From an uncultured cyanobacterium (lineage in GTDB: Bacteria; Cyanobacteriota; Cyanobacteriia; Pseudanabaenales; Pseudanabaenaceae), in assembly GCA_963703315.1 (NCBI GenBank), contig OY969811.1, positions 1,024,001 through 1,088,000 of the forward strand: a DNA stretch of 64,000 nucleotides, given 5' to 3'. Below are positions 39,301 to 47,043 of this stretch, piece by piece; positions within the stretch are counted from its first letter, which is position 1, and each line of letters starts with the position of its first letter. The position numbers were made by a program, and so were the translations under genes. Under the pieces are notes generated by a model that was not told where the DNA came from, did not search any database, and was given only the letters and a program-made list of their open reading frames with translations.

Positions 39301-39882
39301 ACAAAATTTTTGCCATGCTTGCCAACCTTCTTCTACCTGTGCTTCTAAAGTTCTCAAATACCGTAAATCGCGATCTTCAGAAAACCGCGACTGCATAAAA
39401 TCCCTGAGATCTTCTCCAAAATGCGCTACATCAAAAATCCCAACCCCACCCACATAATCATTCAGATGCAATTTGCCATACTGCCGCACCAGTTCACTTT
39501 TACCTACACCTGCCATGCCCACAATTAGCACAGTCGGTAAATGTCCCACTTGCTCAGATTGCGCTTGCAACAACCCATGTAGTTTATCTAAGTCAGCCTC
39601 ACGCCCCACAAAATTGCCATTGCGATCAATCTCGCGATCCCCTAGATTGTTATAAAAGCTTTGGTCATGGGTGAACTTTTCCGATTGAAGATCATTTGTG
39701 CGATCGCCGACAATCAAAGTGCCAATATTTACAGTACTTCCAGATTGAGGAACCACCCCAATTTTGTCAGCAATTTTATTCGGCTCATGATGAATCTCTT
39801 GGGAGATATTCGCATTGACATCACCACCAGCCGTGACATTTTCAAGCGCTGTTTGCTTGTTTTGCGGATCTTGTTCAGCCAT
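36379..39882 (-). CDS. NLR-like STAND protein: short N-terminal motifs + NB-ARC + about 12 TPR (42-aa) repeats
   Basis: FVGRE, GMAGVGKS Walker A, LIVIDDV Walker B, LTSR, GCLPLAL, YRLHRLI (MHD-like); repeated HPxVAxSLNNLAxLYxxQGKYSEAEPLY. Confidence 0.92.
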   Translation of the reverse strand: MAEQDPQNKQTALENVTAGGDVNANISQEIHHEPNKIADKIGVVPQSGSTVNIGTLIVGDRTNDLQSEKFTHDQSFYNNLGDREIDRNGNFVGREADLDKLHGLLQAQSEQVGHLPTVLIVGMAGVGKSELVRQYGKLHLNDYVGGVGIFDVAHFGEDLRDFMQSRFSEDRDLRYLRTLEAQVEEGWQAWQKFCGAERLALIVIDDVTNYHEQVAPYLPKISGDRCPFRFVLTSRSQLRGNLAVHEIQELETEAAVQVLTKWAEPNQQTVLDHPELARSLCDRLGCLPLALTLVGNWLKITQDTLPKAIAKLEQEGLASEVLEPIAEAPENIDASKNIKQGLKAVITVSWQQLSPDAQQLGRVLSLFEPINLPWELVEAVVRSYPQPSAAPIVRKSWWQRFWDSLGQLVRGLLPFLGKPAEPNQPAFVPIRNLTKAEIDLRTRTLIQSVDEGKTYRLHRLIHEFFAMQWDGFDREGWQDAWLRGLSDRANEIPAFAAWDLVTAWQPFRPHFASAQKFVEDRLKSVTNPALVSAYKLQKNNLIGGSFRLNQAPIFEATYRQAQSTHDRAKAALAKGESGAAQNYFGEAIKGYQRAIEQARVALPENSMILAGYLHTISQVFDKLNKYQDGIITAKEAVKIATTKGSSLTLSDYLHSLARLYRLQGMYVEAEQIFLRAIAIKEERLGKNHIDVANSVNSLAVVYQSQGKYSEAEPLHLRSLEIRERQLGEDNPDVANSINGLAQLYRAQGNYSEAEPLYLRSLEIRERQLGEDNPDVANSLNNLAELYQAQGKYSEAEPLYLRSLSINERQLGEDNPDFANSLNNLAQLYRAQGRYSEAEPLLVRSLSINDRQLGSEHPSVASSLNNLALFYESQGKYSEAEPLYVRSLSIRERQLGADHPDVAISLNNLANLYESQGKYSEAKPLYLQSLEIGERKLGADHPDVAQTLNNLASLYRVQGKYSEAEPLYVRSLSIWECQLGADHPSVAAGLNNLALLYQVQGKYSESEPLYVRSLEIGEQKLGADHPDLASSLNNLANLYESQGKYSEAEPLYLRSLSIRERQLGADHPSVATSLNNLASLYESQGKYSEAEPLYLRSLEINERQLGADHPSVATSLLNLAVLYHNTQRHPQALQSIQRAIQIYEQKLGTEHPTTQNAISWLQPIREAM
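36530..37800. repeat. 126-bp tandem repeats encoding ten near-identical TPR units
   Basis: Exact 126-nt period (register 36594, 36720 ... 37728). Confidence 0.9.
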
Positions 39883-39897
39883 GCTAAATTCCCTTTA

Positions 39898-40853
39898 TAG
39901 CTATAGCCAGCTAGGTTAGGACATAAAATAGAAAGAAACTGAGACATCTGAGCAACAACAATGCCAAAACCATATAGTTACGATTTGCGTCAAAAGGTAA
40001 TGCAAGCAATCGAAATGGATGGACTGAAGAAAAATGAAGCCAGTCAATTGTTCGGGATTAGTCGAAACACAATCAACTTGTGGTTTGAGAGACGGGAAGA
40101 AACAGGAGATATAACCGTAAAGGCAAGAGCATCGTCTAGTCAGAAGCCCAAAATTAGCGACTGGGAAAAGTTTCGAGAATTTGTCAAAGAGCATGAGGAT
40201 AAGACCCAAGCAGAGATGGCAGAATTATGGGGAAATATCAGTCAAAGGTCTATATCACGAGCGTTAAAACAGATAGGATTTACCCGTAAAAAAAAACTTA
40301 TGGTTATCGGGAACGAGATGAAGAAAAACGTAATGAGTTTCGCACAGCCTTAGGCGATCCAAAAGCATCCCACTTAGTTTACGTTGATGAATCAGGGATG
40401 GATGAACGTGATAATTATGGATATGGATGGTCTGCAAAAGGTGAGCGAATTCATGGACTCAAAGCAGGTCGTCGTCAGGGACGTATTAATATGATTGCGG
40501 GATATCGAGATGGACAACTAATTGCCCCCTTTACAATTAAAGGCTGTTGCAACCGCAACGTATTTGAAATCTGGTTAGAATCTTGCTTGATTCCAACTCT
40601 CAAGGCTGGGCAATGGGTAATTATCGATAATGCTACTTTCCATCATGGTGGACGCATTCAGGATTTGATAGCAGCAGCAGGATGTAAGGTCGTCTATTTA
40701 CCTCCATATTCTCCAGACCTTAATCGCATTGAGAAATGTTGGGCTTGGCTCAAATCTCGTATTCGTAAACTCCTACGCAATTCAGCTAATCTTCATGATG
40801 CTATTGACTCCGTTCTTGCCCTTGCTGCGTCCTAACTTGACTGGCTATAGCTA
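39898..40853 (+). mobile_element. IS630-family insertion sequence, 956 bp, TA target duplication
   Basis: TIRs TAGCTATAGCCAGCTAGGTTAGGAC / GTCCTAACTTGACTGGCTATAGCTA (22/25 match); TA at 39896-39897 and 40854-40855. Confidence 0.93.
39961..40835 (+). CDS. IS630 transposase in two frames joined by a -1 frameshift at the A9 run (40288-40296)
   Basis: ORF A MPKPYSYDLRQKV (HTH); the -1 frame continues KKTYGYRERDEEKR...YVDESG, IIDNATFH, LPPYSPDLNRIEKCW (DDE). Confidence 0.9.
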
Positions 40854-40868
40854 TATCTTGATTGGATA

Positions 40869-41180
40869 TCAACTAGCAGAATATTTTGCGCGGCTTTGCT
40901 CATATAAACTCGCCACAGAAATATGCGTTAAATAAAACTCTTCACCTTCCGAATCGCGCAAAGCATCCACATAAGCATCAATCCCACGCGGTTTTGGTAA
41001 CTCATCGACATCGGCAAGATGTAAAACCAACGCCGATCGCATCAGCTTTGTCGTTTCTTCCAAAGTCTCACCCGTAGCAATACAACCCGCCACATCAGGT
41101 GAATATGCTGAAAACCCAGTGTCACTTTTTTCTAAGACGATGAGATATTGGTCAATCATTTCGCGTACTTTTGTGGTCAT
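40869..41180 (-). CDS. HicB-like antitoxin
   Basis: YLIVLEKSDTGFSAYSPDVAGCIATGETLEET. Confidence 0.85.
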   Translation of the reverse strand: MTTKVREMIDQYLIVLEKSDTGFSAYSPDVAGCIATGETLEETTKLMRSALVLHLADVDELPKPRGIDAYVDALRDSEGEEFYLTHISVASLYEQSRAKYSAS

Positions 41181-41401
41181 GATTCCCTTAAAAGTTCTTC
41201 TACCGTCAAACCAATATCGCGAGCAATCTGACGTAACAAAGTCGGTGAAATATCCCGTCCCTTATGACATGGAACCGTAGTACCTCGTCCATCCGCATGA
41301 CGAAACTGCTTATGCGATCCTCTTTGTCTCACTTCCACAAAACCAAGATTTTCTAGCAATCGAATAACTTGCTGCGGTTTAAGGACAGGAATATTACCCA
41401 T
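41177..41401 (-). CDS. HicA-family toxin
   Basis: LENLGFVEVRQRGSHKQFRH...TTVPCH...LLRQIARD. Confidence 0.92.
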   Translation of the reverse strand: MGNIPVLKPQQVIRLLENLGFVEVRQRGSHKQFRHADGRGTTVPCHKGRDISPTLLRQIARDIGLTVEELLRES

Positions 41402-41421
41402 AATTTTATTTGCCTATTGAT

Positions 41422-41631
41422 TTAGGCGATCGCAATTAACTGAGTGCCGACAAACTCTGACTGCGGTGGAATCACGTCTTCTTCTAAAAGCATCGCAATT
41501 ACTTCTTGCAAATTCTCACGCAACTCATCTAGAGTCTCTCCTTGAGAATGTGCGCCCACAAATGAAGGGACATAACCCACATATAGGTTAGTGTCTACAT
41601 CTTTTTCAATAACAGCAGTAAATACCTTCAT
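41422..41631 (-). CDS. HicB-like antitoxin (short)
   Basis: FTAVIEKD...YVGYVP...GAHSQGETLDELRENLQEVI. Confidence 0.88.
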   Translation of the reverse strand: MKVFTAVIEKDVDTNLYVGYVPSFVGAHSQGETLDELRENLQEVIAMLLEEDVIPPQSEFVGTQLIAIA

Positions 41632-41654
41632 AAAATCCTCTGTAAAAAACTGAA

Positions 41655-42074
41655 TTACATATTGAACGTTGCAATATCCGCCTTGCCACCACTTTGCACC
41701 ACAATACCAATTTTTTCGGCTAACTTGTTGGGATTCTGAGATTTTGGCTGGCTCAGTTGTAATTGCAAAGCCTCAACCTTAGCCGCTAGCTCTTTATTGC
41801 TAGATAAAAGCGATCGCACCTCATCCAACAACTTCACCACATCAGGATCATCAGCGATCACCTCTACATCAATCACCGCCTGTCCAGCATCAAAAGCTTC
41901 ACCCGCACTAATCGCTTTTACAGTCTGCGTATTTGGAGCCTTACGACTGAGAACAGACCAAAGCGATCTCGCCAGCTTCACCGTCTCATCGGTAATATTT
42001 TCGCCAACCTTAGTGAGAGAACCAGTGCCAACAATTACCAACAAACCCACAATTAAAGAAGAAACTGGCTCCAT
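41655..42074 (-). CDS. Bell/HeLo-like small helical protein with a C-terminal motif shared with the NLR N-terminus (putative amyloid-activated effector)
   Basis: Hydrophobic N-terminal helix MEPVSSLIVGLLVIVGTGSLTKVGE; C-terminal PNKLAEKIGIVVQSGGKADIATF vs NLR PNKIADKIGVVPQSGSTVNIGTL. Confidence 0.7.
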   Translation of the reverse strand: MEPVSSLIVGLLVIVGTGSLTKVGENITDETVKLARSLWSVLSRKAPNTQTVKAISAGEAFDAGQAVIDVEVIADDPDVVKLLDEVRSLLSSNKELAAKVEALQLQLSQPKSQNPNKLAEKIGIVVQSGGKADIATFNM

Positions 42075-42111
42075 ATTTACACCAATAATTTAGGAATACT
42101 TTGATTTTAAC

Positions 42112-42546
42112 TCACACATTACTACTAGAAACTAAAGCGATCGCCTCTTGAATAATGCGATCGCGATCGACCATTTCCCCTAACTCCACCGATTCATAAT
42201 GTCCACCGAACGCCTCACCCGCAGCAGCATCTAACGCAATGTCATAGGCATCTTCCAAAGCCTCGCGTAGTTCTGAAGGTTCGCAATAATTTCCTTTAGC
42301 CTTACGCCGTTGGTTAGTACGCTGAATTTCTCGTACCGAATTTTTAATTGAAAGATCCCCCGATCTTGTAGTGCGATTTTCGGCACGTTGTTTGATCAGA
42401 TGGAGTAGCAAGATTTTGGCAAAGCTATATATCTTATTCAGCTTGTCATCCTTGCTCATCTCTGTCATCTCTTCCACTATCAGCAAGGCATCGGAGATAT
42501 TGCCACTGAGCAAAAATGCCTTTAGTTCTAACAACTCTTCCATCAC
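42112..42546 (-). CDS. DUF29-family protein
   Basis: EEMTEMSKDDKLNKIYS...LLLHLIK...RTTRSGDLSI...EDAYDIALDAAAGEA. Confidence 0.75.
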   Translation of the reverse strand: MMEELLELKAFLLSGNISDALLIVEEMTEMSKDDKLNKIYSFAKILLLHLIKQRAENRTTRSGDLSIKNSVREIQRTNQRRKAKGNYCEPSELREALEDAYDIALDAAAGEAFGGHYESVELGEMVDRDRIIQEAIALVSSSNV

Positions 42547-42699
42547 CTAAGCCTTCTGTGTTAAATCACCCAAATCCATATCACCTGTTACCTTGACATT
42601 CTTCAGCATCGTCTGCTCGACCGAGCCGCTAACCGATAGAGCTGTTTGCTTCATTGATTTTGCTCGAAGGTTTACGCCATCAATATCACTAGCTATCAC
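42547..42699 (-). other. Unannotated 50-codon ORF or 3' gene remnant made of two beta-rich pseudo-repeats that resemble the NLR's first N-terminal motif
   Basis: Manual translation from GTG: VIASDIDGVNLRAKSMKQTALSVSGSVEQTMLKNVKVTGDMDLGDLTQKA*; its stop abuts the DUF29 start. Confidence 0.55.
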
Positions 42700-42726
42700 T
42701 GGTACAATTTTAGGCGCAATTGTAGA

Positions 42727-43458
42727 TTAAACCCGTCGCCGTAGCCAGAAAAGCGAAATTAAGATCAGTCCTGTGAGCAACCCGTAGATTGCACCAATTA
42801 CAAATGTCAAAAAATATCCCAGATGCTTATCAAGCAGAAAAATACCTACTTGCAAAGTGAGATACCAACTAATTGTCGTGCCAACCATCCACCAGTCCGC
42901 TAGTTGAGAATAGGGCTTGAGAATGATCGATTGGGCTATGCCTGTGGTCAAACCACGTAAACAGCTATAGATCGTTAGAAATTCAACCGCATCACCATAG
43001 GTAAGTACTAGCTGCCAACTTGCCCAAGAACTCAGCGTACCGCCCAAAGTGCCGCCGATCCATGTTGCCCATAGCCATCCCATACCGAAGATGTAGTTTC
43101 GGATGACTAACCATTGAGCAAGGGCGATCGCCATACTCATCACAGCAAAAGTTAGCAAAATATTCAGATTGCCTTGCACATAGTCAACCACAAAAAAGCT
43201 GATGATGCCGCCTATAGAATAACTAATGGCATTTGCCACAATCCACAGGGGCAGAAAATTCCAGTGTGGTTTTCCTATGGCTAGCTCTTTTGTCTTAAAC
43301 TTTACTCTAAGTCGTTCCAACAAAATTTGAGCCTCATTAATGAGAAGACTATACTTTTTACTACCAGGAACCACAAATAAATTTGCCTGTGGGGGCTTAT
43401 GGGCAGAGCTAAAAACCCTAAAACTAGTGCAGCAAGTTTGCCCTGCGGAGGTAGTCAC
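42727..43458 (-). CDS. Hypothetical multi-pass membrane protein (true start probably downstream of 43340)
   Basis: About six hydrophobic segments with repeated AQW/AQS...W motifs; the ORF-track N-terminus overlaps the divergent glycosyltransferase and is probably over-extended. Confidence 0.6.
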   Translation of the reverse strand: MTTSAGQTCCTSFRVFSSAHKPPQANLFVVPGSKKYSLLINEAQILLERLRVKFKTKELAIGKPHWNFLPLWIVANAISYSIGGIISFFVVDYVQGNLNILLTFAVMSMAIALAQWLVIRNYIFGMGWLWATWIGGTLGGTLSSWASWQLVLTYGDAVEFLTIYSCLRGLTTGIAQSIILKPYSQLADWWMVGTTISWYLTLQVGIFLLDKHLGYFLTFVIGAIYGLLTGLILISLFWLRRRV

Positions 43459-44356
43459 CTATCGCCAACGCGAACCAGAGCATTTATGGCTAGATGATCT
43501 TCTAGACTCCAATAATAGCCGTCATCATTTAGATGATGCGATTTTTGTAATGAGTTGGGGCTTTGATGTTCCTAAGTTGGCGGCGAAGTTAAAGTCTTTC
43601 AATACTATTTATCACGCGCATAGCGCCGAGTATGGATTTCATCTCCCTGCCACTGTGCCAATTATTACAGTCAGTCGTAATACTCTTGGTTATTGGGGAC
43701 AGCGATCGCCACACTCCTTACTGTACTATTTGCCCAATGAGATTTCTGATAAGTTCCAAAACTGGCAACGCGATCGCAATATCGATGTCTTAGTACAGGC
43801 AAGAAAATCCTCTAGCTATTTAATCAATCAATTGATTCCAGCTTTGCAAAAAAAATGTCGCGTGGAAGTAATCGATTACTATGTTGAGGATTTAGAATCA
43901 CTATTCAATCGTGCTAAAGTCTATCTCTACGACTCAGCCGAATATTGGGCAGTGCAGGGAGTTACGGAAGGATTTGGACTACAACCGATGGAAGCGCTTG
44001 CCTGTGGCTGTCAAGTTTTTTCTAGTGTCAATCATGGCTTATCGGACTACTTAGACCCTGCGTTTAACTGCTATAAAATCGCAGGTTATTCTCAAGAATT
44101 TGATTTGCAACGGATTCTTAAAGCAATCCAGAGCGATCGCCCGTTGTCTCTATCAACATCCGTCTTATCAGAATATCGTGCGGAAAATATTATTCAGCGC
44201 TTGCAGATAATTTTAGAAGAGGTAAATGAATTTTTTGATCATAAGCAATGCTATCGCGGTAATATTCCTGACCTAGATTATTGGCAAATCACCAAACTGC
44301 GATCGCAAAGATTATTGGCTAAACTCAAACAGCGATTACAACGCAAACCTGTGTAA
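43340..44356 (+). CDS. Glycosyltransferase (GT-B / group 1-like)
   Basis: GGLWAE N-terminus; EGFGLQPMEALACGC (Ex7E) motif. Confidence 0.82.
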   Translation: MRRLYFLLPGTTNKFACGGLWAELKTLKLVQQVCPAEVVTYRQREPEHLWLDDLLDSNNSRHHLDDAIFVMSWGFDVPKLAAKLKSFNTIYHAHSAEYGFHLPATVPIITVSRNTLGYWGQRSPHSLLYYLPNEISDKFQNWQRDRNIDVLVQARKSSSYLINQLIPALQKKCRVEVIDYYVEDLESLFNRAKVYLYDSAEYWAVQGVTEGFGLQPMEALACGCQVFSSVNHGLSDYLDPAFNCYKIAGYSQEFDLQRILKAIQSDRPLSLSTSVLSEYRAENIIQRLQIILEEVNEFFDHKQCYRGNIPDLDYWQITKLRSQRLLAKLKQRLQRKPV

Positions 44357-44479
44357 TACAAAAAAATGGCGTAGCCATTTTTTTGTATTACACAGGTTTA
44401 AGATTGCGATTTATTTCAATCTGTAACTAATGCAAGCTATTTAAGTCAACTAGAGTAGCCATGATTCCCCACAAAAGCC

Positions 44480-45244
44480 ATGCTGCCAGAATCTAACGCC
44501 CCAATTCCTAAACCTACTCCTCAATTTCCGCAACTATTTAGTGGAATGCTTGCCCTCTCGATCGCTCTTGTCGGTAGTGCCTATCTTGCAGGAAATGCCC
44601 TGCGATCGCTCAGGTCAAATGACAACCTGACTGTAATTGGTTCCTCAACTCGTCCAATTCGTTCAGACTTTGTAATTTGGCGAAGTTCTGTTTCTAGCCA
44701 ACAAGCTACATTACCCCTTGCCTATCAAGAACTCAAACGCCATTCCGACAAGGTACAAACCTACTTTAAGAGCAAAAATATTCCTGAGGATGCCATCTCT
44801 CTAAGTGCGATCGATACGCAACCCATTCCCGAAACTAATAGTAATGGCGTGCAAACAGGTCGCACCATCGCCTATCGTCTAGTCCAGCGTTTTGAAATCC
44901 GTTCCAAAGATGTCGATAAAATCACCGAAATCGCGAGATCGAGTACCGACTTGATTAATGATGGTCTGCCCTTTATCTCCGAACCTGCGGAATATCTCTA
45001 TACCGAACTTGGCAAATTGCGAGTCGATATGATTTCTGAAGCAACAAAGGATGCTAAGGCAAGAGGTGAAGCGATCGTCAATGTCTCAGGTAGTCGCCTC
45101 GGCACAATCCGCAAAGCCGAAACCGATGTCTTTCAAATTACCGCCAGATATTCCACCGAAGTCAGCAACAGTGGCGCATACAGCACCACCACCATCGACA
45201 AAGATATCCGCGCAGTAGTCGCGATTACCTTTGCAGTGGAGTAA
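44480..45244 (+). CDS. SIMPL (DUF541) domain protein
   Basis: N-terminal TM segment, LTVIGSS...SD, MISEATKDAKARGEAI, GTIRKA, KDIRAVVAITFAVE. Confidence 0.85.
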   Translation: MLPESNAPIPKPTPQFPQLFSGMLALSIALVGSAYLAGNALRSLRSNDNLTVIGSSTRPIRSDFVIWRSSVSSQQATLPLAYQELKRHSDKVQTYFKSKNIPEDAISLSAIDTQPIPETNSNGVQTGRTIAYRLVQRFEIRSKDVDKITEIARSSTDLINDGLPFISEPAEYLYTELGKLRVDMISEATKDAKARGEAIVNVSGSRLGTIRKAETDVFQITARYSTEVSNSGAYSTTTIDKDIRAVVAITFAVE

Positions 45245-45277
45245 TAAAAAAGGCGGCGCATCGCGCCGCCTTTTTTA
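45244..45277. terminator. Bidirectional terminator
   Basis: TAAAAAAGGCGGCGC-ATC-GCGCCGCCTTTTTTA between convergent genes. Confidence 0.75.
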
Positions 45278-46570
45278 AATTCCCAATCTTTGATAAATCT
45301 GATCGAGATTCTTAAGATGTTTATTCGGATCGAAGCAAGCAGCTAACTCTTCTTCAGAAAAAGTTTTCTGCACAGTTTCATCTTCGCTGATCAACTTACG
45401 GAAATCACCGTCAGTTTTATTCCATGCAAGGTGAGCAGCTTTCTGAACGATCGCATAGCTATCTTCACGGCTCAAGCCCTTAGTAACCAATCCCAGTAAC
45501 ACCTGCTGACTGAAGACCACACCACCATAACAGTAGAGATTGCGCTCCATGTTGTGGGTATGCACCAAGAGATTCTTGGTCAAGTCCGTGATTTCTCGGA
45601 GCATGAAGTGGGTGAGGATGCAGCTATCAGGGAGCAATACCCGTTCCGCCGCACTATGGGAAATATCGCGTTCATGCCATAGCGCCACATTTTCCAGAGC
45701 AGTGGTCGCATAGCCACGCAACAAACGCGCCATACCCGTTAAACGCTCGGAACGGATCGGATTGCGCTTGTGAGGCATTGCGGAGGAGCCTTTTTGTCCC
45801 TTGGTGAAATGTTCTTCCACTTCGAGGACATCAGTGCGCTGCAAGTTACGGATTTCGACCGCAAAGCGTTCGATCGATGCGCCGATCAGGGCTAGTACTT
45901 GCGAAAACTCGGCATGGCGATCGCGAGAAATTACCTGCGTCGATGCACAGTCGGGCTGTAGTCCCAATTTTTGACAGGCGATCGCTTCAATGCGTGGGTC
46001 AACATTGGCATAAGTACCAACAGCACCCGAAATTTTACCAACAGCGATCGTTTTATTTAAGTTCAAAAGGCGATCGCGATGACGCAACATTTCCGCTAAC
46101 CAGCCAGCCAGCTTAAATCCAAAGGTAATTGGCTCTGCATGAATACCATGCGTCCGACCCGACATAATCGTGTAGCGATGTTGTTGGGCTTGGTAGCGAA
46201 TCGCTTGGATGGCTTCTTCTAACTGGGCTTGGATGATTTCTAAACTATCGACTAATTGCACTGCTAGAGCCGTATCTAGCACATCGGAACTAGTCAAACC
46301 GAGGTGGATGTAGCGCCCTGCATCACCTACATATTCATTTACGTTGGTCAAAAACGCGATCATGTCGTGCTTGACCGTTAACTCAATTTCATTGACGCGA
46401 TCGGCATCAAAGTTAGCCTTCGCCTTAATTTCTTCGACAGCATCGGCAGGAATATATCCTAATTCTGCCTGTGCCTCACAAACGGCGATCTCAACTTGCA
46501 ACCAAGTTTGGTATTTATGGCGATCCGTCCATAACCGACCCATTTCGGGTAATGTATAGCGTTCTATCAA
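45275..46570 (-). CDS. purB: Adenylosuccinate lyase
   Basis: MIERY, HLGLTSSDVLDT, GRTHGIHAEP, GSSAMPHKRNP, WHERDISHS. Confidence 0.97.
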   Translation of the reverse strand: MIERYTLPEMGRLWTDRHKYQTWLQVEIAVCEAQAELGYIPADAVEEIKAKANFDADRVNEIELTVKHDMIAFLTNVNEYVGDAGRYIHLGLTSSDVLDTALAVQLVDSLEIIQAQLEEAIQAIRYQAQQHRYTIMSGRTHGIHAEPITFGFKLAGWLAEMLRHRDRLLNLNKTIAVGKISGAVGTYANVDPRIEAIACQKLGLQPDCASTQVISRDRHAEFSQVLALIGASIERFAVEIRNLQRTDVLEVEEHFTKGQKGSSAMPHKRNPIRSERLTGMARLLRGYATTALENVALWHERDISHSAAERVLLPDSCILTHFMLREITDLTKNLLVHTHNMERNLYCYGGVVFSQQVLLGLVTKGLSREDSYAIVQKAAHLAWNKTDGDFRKLISEDETVQKTFSEEELAACFDPNKHLKNLDQIYQRLGI

Positions 46571-46657
46571 GATCTAATCTCTTGGAATAATCACAATTTT
46601 TAATTATAGCAACTTTTCCCAGATAAATGTTTAACACCAAAGGTGTTAAACATTTAT

Positions 46658-46954
46658 TTATTGCATCATCGTCAAAATACCTTGCTGACCAAGTAACATT
46701 TCCCGCAAAAGGCTGAAAATGCCCACACCGATCACAGGAGAAATATCTATACCGCCGATGGGTGGAATTAATTTCCGCAGTACAAACAGTAAAGGCTCAG
46801 TCGGAAATGTAATCAGGCTATAGGGAAATTGCTTGAGGGGAATCTGGGGATACCATGTCATCACGATCCGAAATATATACAGGAGGATGAAGAGTCCCAA
46901 CACAATATTGAGCGCTAAAGAGCTAATGGCGATCGCGTCCACGTCAGTAACCAA
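46658..46954 (-). CDS. YggT/YlmG family membrane protein
   Basis: RIVMTWYP...PTEPLL...RKLIPPIGGIDISP. Confidence 0.9.
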   Translation of the reverse strand: MVTDVDAIAISSLALNIVLGLFILLYIFRIVMTWYPQIPLKQFPYSLITFPTEPLLFVLRKLIPPIGGIDISPVIGVGIFSLLREMLLGQQGILTMMQ

Positions 46955-47043
46955 TTATAAAAATATAGAACCAGATTTTTGATGGTGTGGCGAAGCCATA
47001 TCATCAAAAATCTGGTTCCTATTTTACCGCGAAGCCTTTATGT

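Noticed and set aside
42547..43458. Stop-codon readthrough fusing the membrane protein to the motif ORF (same frame across TAA at 42727)
   Set aside because: In-frame adjacency has a 1-in-3 chance, TAA is a poor readthrough codon, and a truncation junction explains it more simply.
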